From the IMG/VR virus record IMGVR_UViG_3300048858_000036, positions 1-47,832 of that record: 47,832 nucleotides of DNA; one strand, given 5' to 3'. The notes under the pieces are model-generated. The model had not been told where the DNA came from. It saw nothing but the letters and a program-made list of their open reading frames with translations, and did no database searches. Every line of letters starts with the position of its first letter. Positions within the stretch are counted from its first letter, which is position 1. Both the position numbers and the translations under genes were made by a program. Below are positions 9,401 through 18,981 of the stretch, in pieces. Source of the stretch: a virus. Lineage: Duplodnaviria > Caudoviricetes.

Positions 9401-10161
9401 CACTTGCGGCCCTTGCACTTGATGGTCACGGCCGGGATGTTGCTGAACTGCTCGGCATCGAATTCGACGTACAGCAGCGCGGTATTTGGATAGCGGAGCT
9501 TTTCGTCGATCACATCAGTCAGACCGGCAACGAGCATCGTGTCGGCGACTTTGTTGGTGTTCTGATTCGCTGTAAGGCGGCGCACGCGGATCTGCCACCC
9601 AGAAGTCGCCGCCGGCAAATCGATACGGCGGGACCGTTCATACCGGGTCGTCGTCTTTCCGTCCACAGCCTCGGCGAGCACCTGTACGTACGCGCCGCCG
9701 TCGGTGGCCAGGTCAACGGCATACTCGATTCGGTACCCGCCGACGTTGCCCTCATCATCCTGCCGCTGCAGCGCTGGCCAAGCGAGCCGAATACGCACGG
9801 CAGAAAGCTGGATGTTGGGGATCGAGCGAACCCACGGGCTGTCGCTCCGCAGCTCGACGTTGATGGTGGTTTCGTTCTCGACTGACGGGATACCGGGGAT
9901 GTAATCCTGCTCAACGGAGCCGGAGCGCCACTCCCACTTCACATTCGGGAAATTGACGTTTCCGCTGGAGTCGTTGATCGGCGTGTTATCCAGGAAGATG
10001 TCAGCGGCCGTGGGGACGCCTTCAAACTCGCCCTCGCCCACCGCTATCAGGATCTTGGCCAAGTTGGTGGAACGCAGGCTGTCGGTTGCCTCCGTCGGCG
10101 TTTTCGGGCTGCTGCTGCCGCCTTTGGCGCCCCAGATGTCCACTTGCTCAGCTGCGCCCAT
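6454..10161 (-). CDS. J: Central tail fibre / host specificity protein (lambda J-like)
   Basis: Start MGAAEQ after GGAGG; WTNNPAW motif, Fn3-like segments, coiled coil and C-terminal FIQDGTITNAKIG...RVRLG. Confidence 0.93.
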   Translation of the reverse strand: MGAAEQVDIWGAKGGSSSPKTPTEATDSLRSTNLAKILIAVGEGEFEGVPTAADIFLDNTPINDSSGNVNFPNVKWEWRSGSVEQDYIPGIPSVENETTINVELRSDSPWVRSIPNIQLSAVRIRLAWPALQRQDDEGNVGGYRIEYAVDLATDGGAYVQVLAEAVDGKTTTRYERSRRIDLPAATSGWQIRVRRLTANQNTNKVADTMLVAGLTDVIDEKLRYPNTALLYVEFDAEQFSNIPAVTIKCKGRKWQVPSNYDPVARSYTGVWDGTFKQAWTNNPAWVTYGICTVDRFGLGKRIKPYMVDKWELYRIAQYCDQLVSDGIGGQEPRFLCDMNLQGKADAWTLLRDISAIYRGMTYWAQGQLVMQADMPRAQDFDYVFTRANVIGGEMDYGSASAKTRYTRAIVSYDNPANNYDTDVTAYSDLKLQRRFEDKPVEISAIGCTRASEAQRRGKWVVMSNNQDRTVTFKTGMEGAIPLPGYIIPVADSVIAGREVGGRISAASGRVVTLDRDTAAKVGDRLIINLPSGQAQARTVQAVNGRAITVTTAYSETPNPQLQWALDADDLAIPLFRVLSTKRTTEGDYEISALQYEPSKFAYIDTGARLEERPISVIPLTVVPAPASVTLTSTTAIAQGLAVTTMTIAWPAVNGAVGYDVEWRKDNGNWIKVQRTGGTSVDIVGIYSGAYLARVRAVSAYDISSVWRSSILTQLNGKEGLPPAVTSLTASALIFGIHLKWTFPPGAEDTQRTEIWYGPTNDRAAATKLSDLAYPQSEYNMQGLRAGVTFFFWARLVDRSGNVGLWYPAGIGVMGQTSSEAGAILDMIAGQIGETELGQHLLERIDLIDGDGPGSVNERINEIKDEIGDLVDALAYVPTDAYVRDNTVRVGDTLWTAIIDVPAKADGSNGPPNPAYWVNSGQSIRTANGLAAQVTKNTTDITTIDGKTTSTASQLQAIQASTRDDPIEGLMADALKGWDATASYAQEVKVRTEQDFAQAQRITTLDSRVGTNESKITIIETTVATNQQATAQQLTTLSAAVGSNESAIRSEATARSDADGALSTKLDQVQAVASDASSSVQTVSKAQASTDGKLSAMYSVKLQVNSNGQYVMAGIGAGIENVGGVLQSQILLSADRFALVNSIAGGAISTPFVAQGGQLFLGSTFIQDGTITNAKIGSYISSTNYVAGQSGWILNKDGTLEINGIVPGQGRLVINSQNVSVYDVNNVLRVRLGYLG

Positions 10162-10177
10162 GCTTTCCTCCAGGCAT

Positions 10178-10197
10178 AAAAACCGCCAATCGGCGGT
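10178..10197 (-). terminator. Intrinsic terminator between the I-like gene and J
   Basis: Minus strand ACCGCC-GATT-GGCGGT followed by T tract. Confidence 0.7.
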
Positions 10198-10216
10198 CAG
10201 GTCTTCCAGTTCAAAA

Positions 10217-10810
10217 TCAGGTTTTGTCTTCAGCGAGGATCGATGCCGAGATAATCGCCCCGCCCCACCGGCGTTCGCCGATGCAGATCGCAACAGGGTT
10301 TCCACTGGCAGTCGTGTTCTTGGCACTGCCAAACGCGTAGGAAGGCAGGTTGTCGGGTGAAGCGCTTTGCTTCAAGCCTCCGGCTTGCGGGCTCAGCAGT
10401 TGAATAACCCCGCCAGCAGTTGTTCCTACCCCAGCAGCAAGTATTCCCGCTTGCGCTCCTGGCGCAACGAAAAACGAGGCCACTATCAATACTATGCCGA
10501 CTATGGTCTGAAGCACCCCTGCACGCTTTGCGCCGTGTATGACTGGCACAATTCTGATCTCGTTGGCGCCGCCAAGCTGCATAAGCTCTGAGTTGTTCGA
10601 GCCCACATTTTTACGATTACGATAGACAGCGAATCGCATGCCAAGCCTGGCCAGTCTTGAAATTTCCTCTGTCCATCCTGGAAGGGTGGCCTTCAACGCG
10701 CGCATGGCTTCCCAGCCATCCCCCTTATCCAGCAGATAATCTTTCTGGCGAAAAAACTTTCTGATCAAAGATCCTGAAAGGTAAATCGTTGTTCGCGATG
10801 CTGGACTCAT
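10217..10810 (-). CDS. Tail assembly protein (lambda I-like)
   Basis: EIRIVPVIHGAK-G-LQTIVG and SYAFGSAKNTTASGNPV...GERRWGGAIISA motifs; likely start MSPASR. Confidence 0.9.
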   Translation of the reverse strand: MSPASRTTIYLSGSLIRKFFRQKDYLLDKGDGWEAMRALKATLPGWTEEISRLARLGMRFAVYRNRKNVGSNNSELMQLGGANEIRIVPVIHGAKRAGVLQTIVGIVLIVASFFVAPGAQAGILAAGVGTTAGGVIQLLSPQAGGLKQSASPDNLPSYAFGSAKNTTASGNPVAICIGERRWGGAIISASILAEDKT

Positions 10811-10823
10811 ATTTTTCTTCCAC

Positions 10824-10846
10824 AAAAAAGCCGCCATTAGGCGGCT
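10824..10846 (-). terminator. Terminator after the lipoprotein moron
   Basis: Minus strand AGCCGCC-TAAT-GGCGGCT followed by T tract. Confidence 0.75.
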
Positions 10847-10857
10847 CACGCAGTTGA

Positions 10858-11280
10858 TCACTGATATTCGACATAAGGGCCGATTGTTATCCCCGTCATG
10901 TCCGAGCTCAGCCTTAGAATTGACTCTTTTTGATTGGTGACATTTGTGCTTATTGTTCTGATCGCTTGACCAGCGCATAAGCCCATTCCAGCCAAGCCGA
11001 CCCCCACGCTGTAAGACCCTGGACTTAATAAGAAACTCGCTTTCTCGCCCGACCCCAGCTTGGCAGACTTTTTACCATCGACGTAGACGACGAAGTCACA
11101 CCCTGAAGCGTTTACTCCACTATCGCGCAAAACGGTGATCTTTCCATATGATCCTGCAGGAGTGGATTGGAAAGCGTATATCTCGTCCCTAGGGGCTTGC
11201 TTCGCCTCCGAGATAGATATCGGGTTGGATGAGCATCCCGCAAGCAGAGCAACTGCAAGCGCTCCAATTAAAATTCGCAT
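10858..11280 (-). CDS. Lipoprotein moron inserted in the tail operon
   Basis: Signal peptide with lipobox LLAG-C; GAGG RBS; visibly more AT-rich than flanking tail genes. Confidence 0.85.
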   Translation of the reverse strand: MRILIGALAVALLAGCSSNPISISEAKQAPRDEIYAFQSTPAGSYGKITVLRDSGVNASGCDFVVYVDGKKSAKLGSGEKASFLLSPGSYSVGVGLAGMGLCAGQAIRTISTNVTNQKESILRLSSDMTGITIGPYVEYQ

Positions 11281-11312
11281 GATGATCCCTCAATAAGAAA
11301 GGACCGAGCGTA

Positions 11313-12068
11313 TCACTGGGCGTGGCTATGGCGAAGTATCAGCCGAGTGCGGTCATGCCAAGGGCCGCCGAAGATGATGATCTCCGATGGCCTTCCGTAC
11401 AGGTGGTGGAGCAGGAACGGACCGGCGCCGTGCACAGCAGTCGACTCGCCTGGCAGCGATGAATCTGAGCCGAGGTAAATCCCGGCATGGTTCGGGTGTT
11501 TCGTCCGCCCCACTTCCATGACAATCATGTCGCCCCGCTGCGGCGTGCCAACACGCTCAAACCCTGCTGACTCGTAGGCCTGCTCGTAGAGGCTCGGCCC
11601 CTCGCGCTGCTCCCACCAACCGTCCTCACGCGTGAAGGCTTCGAACTCCAGCCCCCATTCGCGCTTGTACCAGTCAGCGCATATCTGCCAGCAATCCCAC
11701 GCGCCGTGCACGAACGGCCGGCCCAACAGCGCCGTATTGCCGGTGGGAACGATCGTTCGCAGATCGCCTTCCGGCCAGCTGAGGATGTGCCAGGGCAATT
11801 CCGTCGCCTCGCACATCGCCAGATCGCGCGGAGACGGCCTGCTCGTGGCGTCCGGGTGCGAGTGGACGATTCCGATCACTTCGCCTAAGTCCTCGGCGGC
11901 GGCGTAATCCTCCGGCGAGATCCGAAACTCTTCATTGGGATCAGCCGCAGTGTTGGTGCACGGGATGTACTGCTGCTTTCGGCCGATGCTGATCAGCAGA
12001 CCGCAACACTCGCGCGGGTAATCGGCGGCGGCGTGCATCTGAACCGCCTTGAGAATATGTTTCAGCAT
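11313..12068 (-). CDS. Tail assembly protein (lambda K-like; JAB/MPN + NlpC/P60)
   Basis: YPRECCG, HSHPD...PSPRD (JAB), DCW and NHAGIY (NlpC/P60). Confidence 0.92.
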   Translation of the reverse strand: MLKHILKAVQMHAAADYPRECCGLLISIGRKQQYIPCTNTAADPNEEFRISPEDYAAAEDLGEVIGIVHSHPDATSRPSPRDLAMCEATELPWHILSWPEGDLRTIVPTGNTALLGRPFVHGAWDCWQICADWYKREWGLEFEAFTREDGWWEQREGPSLYEQAYESAGFERVGTPQRGDMIVMEVGRTKHPNHAGIYLGSDSSLPGESTAVHGAGPFLLHHLYGRPSEIIIFGGPWHDRTRLILRHSHAQ

Positions 12069-12070
12069 GG

Positions 12071-12820
12071 TCAGCTCCTGGCGATCAGAGAAACGGCAGG
12101 GAAGCCGCCAAAGGGCAGCGAGTTGCCTTCACCGAAGCGGGGAACACAACCGCGCCCGAGAGTCGCATCGCACTCGTCTTTCTCCGGGTCGTCGGTGAGA
12201 TTCCCGTCCTTGTCCCGGTACGGCCCGGTGTAATTGCAATTGGGCCCGCGGTAACCGCCGGTAAGGCACCAATGACACAGTGTTGTCATTTGCCGTCCGA
12301 TGGATTCCCCGCCGACGTCGCCCGGGCTCGCCAACTCCCACGACACGCTCGAGCCGTTTTCAGATGTCTTTTGGTCCAGATACCAGACTTCGATCGTCTC
12401 CTGCGAGGGGTCGGCGTCCGGGTTCCCTCCTGGGAAGTTCTCGGCATCCAGATATGTGCCCAGCGTGTGGCGCATCGTCAGCTTGAACTCCAGCAAGTCT
12501 GCGAAGGCCAGGCACAACGCGGTGATCCGGCCGTTGACGTTGCCCACCGAAAGAGTCGGCCGCACTGCCGTGCCGTCGCCGGTAGCTTCGATGCCGTCGA
12601 TCTGCATCGGCCAGGCGCCGTACTCCTGCCCCTGCCACCAGATCGCCTTGGCTGGCAACTGGTCGGCATCGGCGCCGGCGGCTATCAATTCCGCTGCGGT
12701 GTAGGGAATGGCGTGTCCGTGGAACCGCAACACATCCGCGCCGTAATCAGACCCATCCAATTCAAACAGCAGCACTTCACTCCCAGGCTCGAGCACCTGG
12801 ATGTCTTTGATCAGCGGCAT
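12071..12820 (-). CDS. Minor tail protein (lambda L-like)
   Basis: Cys pattern C...YRGPNCNY...C...C and terminal PFGGFP. Confidence 0.92.
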   Translation of the reverse strand: MPLIKDIQVLEPGSEVLLFELDGSDYGADVLRFHGHAIPYTAAELIAAGADADQLPAKAIWWQGQEYGAWPMQIDGIEATGDGTAVRPTLSVGNVNGRITALCLAFADLLEFKLTMRHTLGTYLDAENFPGGNPDADPSQETIEVWYLDQKTSENGSSVSWELASPGDVGGESIGRQMTTLCHWCLTGGYRGPNCNYTGPYRDKDGNLTDDPEKDECDATLGRGCVPRFGEGNSLPFGGFPAVSLIARS

Positions 12821-12827
12821 GTTTTAC

Positions 12828-13166
12828 CTATGGGATGAATGACTGGGTGAACGTGGTCGTCAGGGTGTAAAAACCTACGCCATTCGGCGAGACAGTAGGG
12901 GCTGACGCCCGGTAGAAACTCATCTCGCCGAGTGGTGGCGTCCAAAAGAACGACTTGAACCCGGCGTGCCGATCAAGAAACGCTTTGATCTCAAGCGCCA
13001 CGGCCTCGCGCACAACGAATGTCAGAGGCCATACGTCGACTTTATTGTTGGGCCCATCGCCCACCACCTGCTCGTATCCATTGCCGAATTTGCTGGAGCG
13101 GGTCCGGTACTCGGGCGTGCTGGTCGTCTCCAGCTTCGGACACCAGGTGAAAGTCTCAACGGCCAT
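12828..13166 (-). CDS. Minor tail protein (lambda M-like)
   Basis: ETFTWCP, FGNGYEQ and [16 protein letters not shown] motifs. Confidence 0.92.
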   Translation of the reverse strand: MAVETFTWCPKLETTSTPEYRTRSSKFGNGYEQVVGDGPNNKVDVWPLTFVVREAVALEIKAFLDRHAGFKSFFWTPPLGEMSFYRASAPTVSPNGVGFYTLTTTFTQSFIP

Positions 13167-16065
13167 TAATGACCCTCCAAATTGCGCCGCCAGGGCGAAG
13201 CTCTTCAGCGATCGCCTGCTGCGCGCCGCGCTTGGCGGTATCGGCGTAAGCCTGCCCGACCGCCTGCATATCCTTCGCCGACGAGTCGTTTGCCGCGCTG
13301 GGCACTGTGAAGTTTTGCTGAATGACGACCGAGCCGCCGGCAGACGACGCGCCAGTGGCCGCTGAGGCCCCAGACGCCAACCCTACGTAGCCACCATCGG
13401 CATAACCCGGCTTCCCGGACTTGTTCAACCGTTCAAGGTACTCACGCATCCCCGGCTGCTGAACCACTTCCTTGCGAATCACCACCTCGCCGCCGTGAAC
13501 GACACCCATCGGCTCGTACTTTCCGCCGTCGCCGGTATAGCCGCCGTCCCAATGCTGCGAGGAAAGCCAGCTCTGGTAAGCGGCGCCGGTATAGCCAGCT
13601 TGAGTCGAACCAGAGGAGCCGCCACCGAAGTACGTGGTAGCTGCGGTTGTGGCCAGACCGAGAAGCGCACTGGCCCCTGAAGAAACCGCCTGCCGGGCCG
13701 CAATACGAGCCAAGTCAGCAAGAACGGATTTGGCGAAATCGGCAATAGAGGCCTTGCCCGTCATGGCGAAGTTCACCACCGAGTCTTCAAGACCGCTGAA
13801 TACGCCGGTAAACAGGCTCTTTGTTTGGCCGGCGACGTCCTTGGCGCTTTGCAGGTAGTCTTGGTACGCGGACGAGGCCCCCACCGTCCAGTCGCTCTGG
13901 GCCTTGTCGACGTCCACGTAATACTGCCGCTGCATCGCCAGGCGCTGGTCAAGCGCGCTTTTCAGCGTGGCCGTCTCTTTGTCATAGAGGTCGGTGCTGA
14001 ACTGGTCCTTGTTGCTCTTGTTGTAGTCGGACGTCAGCTTGTCCATCTGTGATTGATAGGACTGCTGGATGTTTCGCTGTTCCTGGAGCCGCTGTTTTTG
14101 GACATCGCCCAGACCGGCGCCGGCGAGATTGTTGTCCAGACCCTGCTGCGCGACGCTGAGCTGACTGCGCACGTTTTCGTCGAAAGCCGCGAGCTTGCGT
14201 TGGGTTTCCACCGCCTTTTCGCGGAGCGTGTTCTCCGCCTCGAGCGCAGCGTTTCGCTTGAGCTGGGCGGTGTAAAGGTCAGAGCTGGCCAGCAGAGATT
14301 TCTGATCCGCCGTCAGCGTCTGCTTGTTCTTGATATCGGCGAGCTGCTGTTCCCACTCGACCAATTTCTTCGCGTTCGCGCCGAGGGTTTGGCTGGCGGC
14401 GTTCTGATCACCGATAAGCGCGCCCTGCTGCTGAAGCGCGGCGTATTGCTGCCGTGCCACGTCCAGCGCCTTGGTCCCTGCGTCCTCGCGGTACTGTGGA
14501 GTTTTTGGCGCGGCCGGGTCCTTGTACTTGTCGTTGATCGCGGCGATGTCTTTCGCCTGCTGACCAGCCGAGAGTAGCAGCGAGGAGTCGCCTGTCTTGC
14601 GTGCCTGGATGATCCGGCGCTCTACCAGCAGCCGGTAATCGGCGAGCTCCCGGGCACGCTTATCAGCATTGCTCTCCGTGTCCTTGCGGAGCTTGTCCAG
14701 CTTGAGCTGGTCGTCCAGCGCCTGCTGCTGCTGTTGCTGCGCGAAACCTTTCGCTGCGGCCCGACGATCCTCTTCAGCTTTCTGAACAAGCTTGTCAGTT
14801 TTGTCTCGCTCGAGCGCTTCCTTGCGGAATGAGTCATCCGGGGTCAGGTTGCTCATAGGGTCGACGAGCTGGCCCTTTGCGTTGCGCTGGTTGCGTTTCG
14901 CAGCATTTGCCGCAATTGCGTCGAGCTGCTCGTCCAGTTTCTTGATCTGCTGGTCGAGCGTGTCCTCCCGGCCGACATTAAGCGCTGCATCCCATGCCAG
15001 TTTGGCGGCGGACATTACGCCAGCCCATGCGGACTCAAGGGTGCCGAGGTTGTTTTTGATGGACGTCGAGGTCCGGTTCAGCCCATCCTCATAGGCCGCT
15101 GTAGCGACCGCCGCGGCATCCTGAGTCTTGCCCTGCTCCTGCAGCGACCTGATGTTCTCGTAGGTCGTCGCCGTCAGGAAATTCATCGACTCGTTGAGCT
15201 TCAGAATTTCCGCGACCGGGTCCTTGGCGATGCGCTCAAAGTTCTTGACCGTCTCGTCAGCCGCGACACCTGTTGCCGACTGGAATTTGATCGCGGCTTC
15301 TGCAATCGATTCGAAGGCGGTGACAGGAATCCGCGTCGAGCTGGCCAACTGCGCCAGAACCTCCGCTGCCTTGCCTACAGTGCCGCCCGACTGAGCGACT
15401 TGACGCGCCATGTCGGCCAGGCCGTTTGCACTCGCGCCGGCGGTGTTGCCCGTCATCGCGAGTGCCGCGTTATAAGCCGTCGCCTCGTCGCTGCCCTGCT
15501 TATAGGCCAATGCCAGCACGGCAGCTGCAGCGGCGGCAACTGTGAAGGGGTTCACAAGGCCAAGGACGTAGCCACCCAAAGCTTTTGCCGCCGGCCCGGC
15601 ACCGCCGAACATATCCTTGAGCTGACCACCCTGTTGCAAGAACACCGTCAGCGGGTTCTGTCCGGCTTGCAGCGACACAGCGATATCGGTGAACTGAGCA
15701 GGAATGCCACGCAGGTTGGCCGCATATTGCTTCGCGGTCTGCCCGTTCTTGGCCATGACGCGGTCGACCTTTTCGACCGCATCGCGCTGCTCGTTGAGTT
15801 TTTTCAAGTAATCATCGAAATCGCTCTTGTCCAGGCGCCCGGATGCGCGATGCTTGCGCAGCTGCTCTTCCATCTTGTCCAAGCGGCCATAGGCCCCGAC
15901 CACCGGATCAATCTGCCCGACCAGCTTGTCCAGCTGGCCAGCCTGATAGGCCGCTTCCTTGGTGGCCGACTTCAGCGCGCGCTGCGCACGGTCCATCCCC
16001 TTTTCGAAGCCGCCGGTGTTCGCCACCAGATCGACCGTTAACTGGCCGAGCGAATCAACAGCCAT
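13156..16065 (-). CDS. Tail tape measure protein
   Basis: 969-aa Ala/Gln-rich helical protein; QFTDI...[13 protein letters not shown]; C-terminal [20 protein letters not shown]. Confidence 0.95.
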   Translation of the reverse strand: MAVDSLGQLTVDLVANTGGFEKGMDRAQRALKSATKEAAYQAGQLDKLVGQIDPVVGAYGRLDKMEEQLRKHRASGRLDKSDFDDYLKKLNEQRDAVEKVDRVMAKNGQTAKQYAANLRGIPAQFTDIAVSLQAGQNPLTVFLQQGGQLKDMFGGAGPAAKALGGYVLGLVNPFTVAAAAAAVLALAYKQGSDEATAYNAALAMTGNTAGASANGLADMARQVAQSGGTVGKAAEVLAQLASSTRIPVTAFESIAEAAIKFQSATGVAADETVKNFERIAKDPVAEILKLNESMNFLTATTYENIRSLQEQGKTQDAAAVATAAYEDGLNRTSTSIKNNLGTLESAWAGVMSAAKLAWDAALNVGREDTLDQQIKKLDEQLDAIAANAAKRNQRNAKGQLVDPMSNLTPDDSFRKEALERDKTDKLVQKAEEDRRAAAKGFAQQQQQQALDDQLKLDKLRKDTESNADKRARELADYRLLVERRIIQARKTGDSSLLLSAGQQAKDIAAINDKYKDPAAPKTPQYREDAGTKALDVARQQYAALQQQGALIGDQNAASQTLGANAKKLVEWEQQLADIKNKQTLTADQKSLLASSDLYTAQLKRNAALEAENTLREKAVETQRKLAAFDENVRSQLSVAQQGLDNNLAGAGLGDVQKQRLQEQRNIQQSYQSQMDKLTSDYNKSNKDQFSTDLYDKETATLKSALDQRLAMQRQYYVDVDKAQSDWTVGASSAYQDYLQSAKDVAGQTKSLFTGVFSGLEDSVVNFAMTGKASIADFAKSVLADLARIAARQAVSSGASALLGLATTAATTYFGGGSSGSTQAGYTGAAYQSWLSSQHWDGGYTGDGGKYEPMGVVHGGEVVIRKEVVQQPGMREYLERLNKSGKPGYADGGYVGLASGASAATGASSAGGSVVIQQNFTVPSAANDSSAKDMQAVGQAYADTAKRGAQQAIAEELRPGGAIWRVINGR

Positions 16066-16068
16066 AAA

Positions 16069-16373
16069 TCACCCCTTCACGCGCTGCAATAGCGCCAACA
16101 GATCCTGCGGCGTGGCAGCCTTCGGGCCGTCTTTAAAACCGCGATCCGGCATGAAATCCGAAAACTTGGCTTTACCGCCCATGACGTTGTTGAACACGGT
16201 GGCCAGCAGGGCGAAACCCTCATCGAGGCGAAGGCCCAGATTCAGTGAACCGGTTTGAAGCCGGTACCGCATCCAGTCCATCGCCTCGACGTAGGTCATT
16301 CTTTGCTTGGCTTCGGCGATCGTCGTCCCGAGGACGATGGCGAGCTCGTGCCAGAGCTCTTCCTCGGGTTGGA
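16069..16373 (-). CDS. Tail chaperone T-part, read through a -1 frameshift
   Basis: The -1 frame after the A8 run reads IQPEEELWHELAIVLGTTIAEAKQRMTYVEAMDW... without a stop until 16069. Confidence 0.85.
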
Positions 16374-16730
16374 TTTTTTTTCGAGCGCGCCCTCCGGCAC
16401 CTTGTTGACCTCACCGATGGCGGCGAGCAACACAATCGCCAGCTCCGCGCAAAGCGGGCCGTGACCGGTCTCTGGCCCACCGACTACGTCCTCCACGGTG
16501 AACACCGGCACACCGTCTTTGTCGGTGATGCAGGAGGCGATGCGCTGGGCGGCCAAGTCGCCGCCGCGGTCCTGGGCATCCCACCGCTGGGTCAGCGAAA
16601 TGAACGACTCCTGCAGCACGTACACGGTGGCCTTCTGCGGCTTCCCGTTCGCGTGCCAGCTGACCTCCTTTTTCTGCGGTGCCGAGATGAAAGCCCCGGA
16701 CGCTTTGAGCGAAGCGATATTCAGATCCAT
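16296..16730 (-). CDS. Tail assembly chaperone (G-like)
   Basis: Between tail tube and tape measure genes; carries slippery GAA AAA AAA near its end. Confidence 0.88.
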   Translation of the reverse strand: MDLNIASLKASGAFISAPQKKEVSWHANGKPQKATVYVLQESFISLTQRWDAQDRGGDLAAQRIASCITDKDGVPVFTVEDVVGGPETGHGPLCAELAIVLLAAIGEVNKVPEGALEKKSNPRKSSGTSSPSSSGRRSPKPSKE

Positions 16731-16739
16731 GGAGGTTCC

Positions 16740-17468
16740 TTACGGTGCGGTCTTGGCGATCAGCACGGGCTCGCCCGACACTTGAATACCAACGGTGGAT
16801 TTCACGACGTCACCCAGCGCGAACTGGAACGGAAAGCTGTTCATGTAGCCTTCGAAGGTGAGCCAGGTGCGGGTGTTTGGCAGGTCGAAATCGACGTCGG
16901 TCGCCACCACTGCGCGAGCCGTCGCACCGGTACCAGAACCACCTGTAAGCGCAACGGTTGGTGCGCTGATGTAGCCGGCGCCCTCGTTGGTGATGGTGAA
17001 TCCGGTGACCTTTCCGTTTGCGATTTGCGCCGTCGCTGTCGCGCCAGTGCCCCCGCCGCCGGTGATTGCGACCGTAGGAGCAGCGGTGTAGCCGGTACCC
17101 GCCGAATTCAGCACCAGGGCAGCCAGGCCGCCCGGAGTGCCGACGAGAGGCTGGATGCCTTCTTCGGTGTCGAAGTTGAAGCCGTCCGACCAGCCCACAA
17201 CCCACTTGAGCTTCGTGCCAGCGGTCTTCAACTGGTGCAGGCGCAGGTGAACCGGATTTTTCGGGTCCATGTTCAGGCCGAATGTGGCCGAGCCAGGCTC
17301 CGCAAGACCGGCCTCATACTCGCGCCCTTTCGATTTAGTGCACGTCACGTCGATCTGGGCGACAGAGGTATCAATACCGTCCAGCGATGTGAAGCAGCCC
17401 ACGTCGAGAATGCTGTTGTCAGCCGGATCGATCGCGAAAAGCTCCGTGCCCTGAGTTTGAATAGTCAA
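16740..17468 (-). CDS. Major tail tube protein with Gly-rich insertion
   Basis: TQGTELF, IDVTC, GLAEPG, VGWSDG and [10 protein letters not shown] motifs; probable TTG start at 17468 after GGAG. Confidence 0.88.
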   Translation of the reverse strand: MTIQTQGTELFAIDPADNSILDVGCFTSLDGIDTSVAQIDVTCTKSKGREYEAGLAEPGSATFGLNMDPKNPVHLRLHQLKTAGTKLKWVVGWSDGFNFDTEEGIQPLVGTPGGLAALVLNSAGTGYTAAPTVAITGGGGTGATATAQIANGKVTGFTITNEGAGYISAPTVALTGGSGTGATARAVVATDVDFDLPNTRTWLTFEGYMNSFPFQFALGDVVKSTVGIQVSGEPVLIAKTAP

Positions 17469-17511
17469 TTTGTTACTCCCGATTTCCTGCGAAATCACTT
17501 ATTGGCGGGCA

Positions 17512-17533
17512 TAAAAAAACCCGCCGGAGCGGG
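17512..17533 (-). terminator. Terminator before the tail tube gene
   Basis: Minus strand ACCCGC-TCCG-GCGGGT followed by T tract. Confidence 0.7.
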
Positions 17534-17554
17534 TCGTTCTTTCAGGTTTTCCGG

Positions 17555-17920
17555 CTATGGGCTCACCAGCCAGGCAACATCGAAACCTTTGCGGTAGTTC
17601 TTGGTGACGCTGTCCACGGTGTCGACGCCGAAGCCGGTGATGTAGGCCCGCTTCCCGATGGCTTTGCGCATGACAGAGACCACCGCATCGGCAGAGACCG
17701 CTGTCGTGGCGTAGACATCGATCTGCAGGCCGTACCGGTCTATTTCGGGCTGCCCGTTGATGTAGTTCAGGGGCGAGCCGCTGACCACCTGCCAAACCGC
17801 GTACGGCTTGGCCACGTCCTGCGGTGCTTCACCGTGCGGGTAGAGCCGGAGCGGGGTGTCGCCGAGCAGCGCGGTCACAGCAGGATCGGCTTTGCACACC
17901 TGGGTAATGGGCGCGAGCAT
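17555..17920 (-). CDS. Tail terminator / completion protein (DUF3168-like)
   Basis: RLYPHGEAPQ, PYAVWQ and LQIDVY motifs; position. Confidence 0.85.
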   Translation of the reverse strand: MLAPITQVCKADPAVTALLGDTPLRLYPHGEAPQDVAKPYAVWQVVSGSPLNYINGQPEIDRYGLQIDVYATTAVSADAVVSVMRKAIGKRAYITGFGVDTVDSVTKNYRKGFDVAWLVSP

Positions 17921-18363
17921 CAGTTCACCCCGAGCTTGATCAATTGGTACTTGGCCGAACCGAGGAACTCCTTAAACAGAGCCTCGCGGTTGTTGGCCAG
18001 CGCCGGCCGCAGGAATGGCCGAGCCCGGTTTTTCTCGGTGCCGAGCTCAACCCACCACCAATAAAACGTGTTGCCGCCGCCCTGCCCTTTTTTACGCTTA
18101 CGGACACCGACCGACATCACCACCGCGCCAACCTCAATGCCGATCGCCTTGCGCTCAACGATCGCGAGGTTCTTCGGGATGTAGTTCGAGGTTTCCGGGT
18201 CATCGATCCGCGCCGCCCGGTCCTTTGCGTCCGCGAGAACGATCTCCATCGCATCCTTGGCCGCCGGCGTGACGACCTTGCGGCGCATCTCCTCGGTCAG
18301 CCCGCGAAATTTTTCGGACAGCTCCTCAGTGCCTTTGAGCTTGTACTGGACCCAATCACCCAT
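17920..18363 (-). CDS. HK97 gp10-family protein
   Basis: FYWWWVELGT...ARPFLRPAL motif. Confidence 0.9.
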   Translation of the reverse strand: MGDWVQYKLKGTEELSEKFRGLTEEMRRKVVTPAAKDAMEIVLADAKDRAARIDDPETSNYIPKNLAIVERKAIGIEVGAVVMSVGVRKRKKGQGGGNTFYWWWVELGTEKNRARPFLRPALANNREALFKEFLGSAKYQLIKLGVN

Positions 18364-18688
18364 CGTTCGTGCCCTCGCTCGCTGGAAACGTCAGGTACTC
18401 CTTGCCGGAAACCGGATCTCGCAGGATTCCGTGCAGGTTGTAGATCCTTCCGTCATGGCGAGCGCGCATGGTGGCGTCGAAGCCGTCCCGGTACCGGACC
18501 ACGATCCTGCAGGTGACCTCGGATTGAGTCGACTGCGCGGAAATGAACTCGCGCACGCTTAAATCCTTGACCGCGGCCCAGACGGTGGCGAATTCAACCC
18601 AGCTCACCAGCTCTTCGTTCGAAACGGGGTCATTGGTGACGACCTTCTGTTCTAAGGTCACACGGTGTCGCAACTCGCCAGCTTTCAT
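18356..18688 (-). CDS. Head closure (head-tail joining) protein
   Basis: MKAGELRHRVTL, ATVWAAV and IVVRYR motifs. Confidence 0.9.
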   Translation of the reverse strand: MKAGELRHRVTLEQKVVTNDPVSNEELVSWVEFATVWAAVKDLSVREFISAQSTQSEVTCRIVVRYRDGFDATMRARHDGRIYNLHGILRDPVSGKEYLTFPASEGTNDG

Positions 18689-18981
18689 CAGAATTGCTTC
18701 CTGTACCAAAGCAGACGGCCTACAGCCAAAGGCACTTCGGTGAGCCCGGATGCGACGGCCTCACGATTGGTAAACCAATGCCCCACGAGCAGCAAAACCG
18801 CCTGCTGCACATCCTTGGTCAGACCCATCTCCGACGGTAAAACCGGAGTTTCAACCAGGACGCGATCGCAATGCTGCTCCACGTGGGCCAGCGCGGCGTC
18901 GAGATACCCCTGGATCAAGTCGTCTTCGGCGTCGTGGTCGACCCTCAGGTGCTTTTTCACCAGAGATAGCTCGATCATCAC
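18688..18981 (-). CDS. Head-tail connector protein (HK97 gp6-like)
   Basis: VKKHLRVD...EDDLIQGY and AVLLLVGHWFTNRE motifs. Confidence 0.92.
   Translation of the reverse strand: MMIELSLVKKHLRVDHDAEDDLIQGYLDAALAHVEQHCDRVLVETPVLPSEMGLTKDVQQAVLLLVGHWFTNREAVASGLTEVPLAVGRLLWYRKQF

Noticed and set aside
10162-10332. Longer starts given by the ORF track for J, and similarly for I, terS, dnaB, the DnaC-like gene, holin and spanin
   Set aside because: The extensions run through upstream genes or terminators; internal ATGs with RBS or stop/start overlaps fit better.
16245-17597. 450-aa plus-strand ORF
   Set aside because: Antisense shadow of the tail tube and chaperone genes; Arg/Gly-rich composition typical of non-coding frames in GC-rich DNA.
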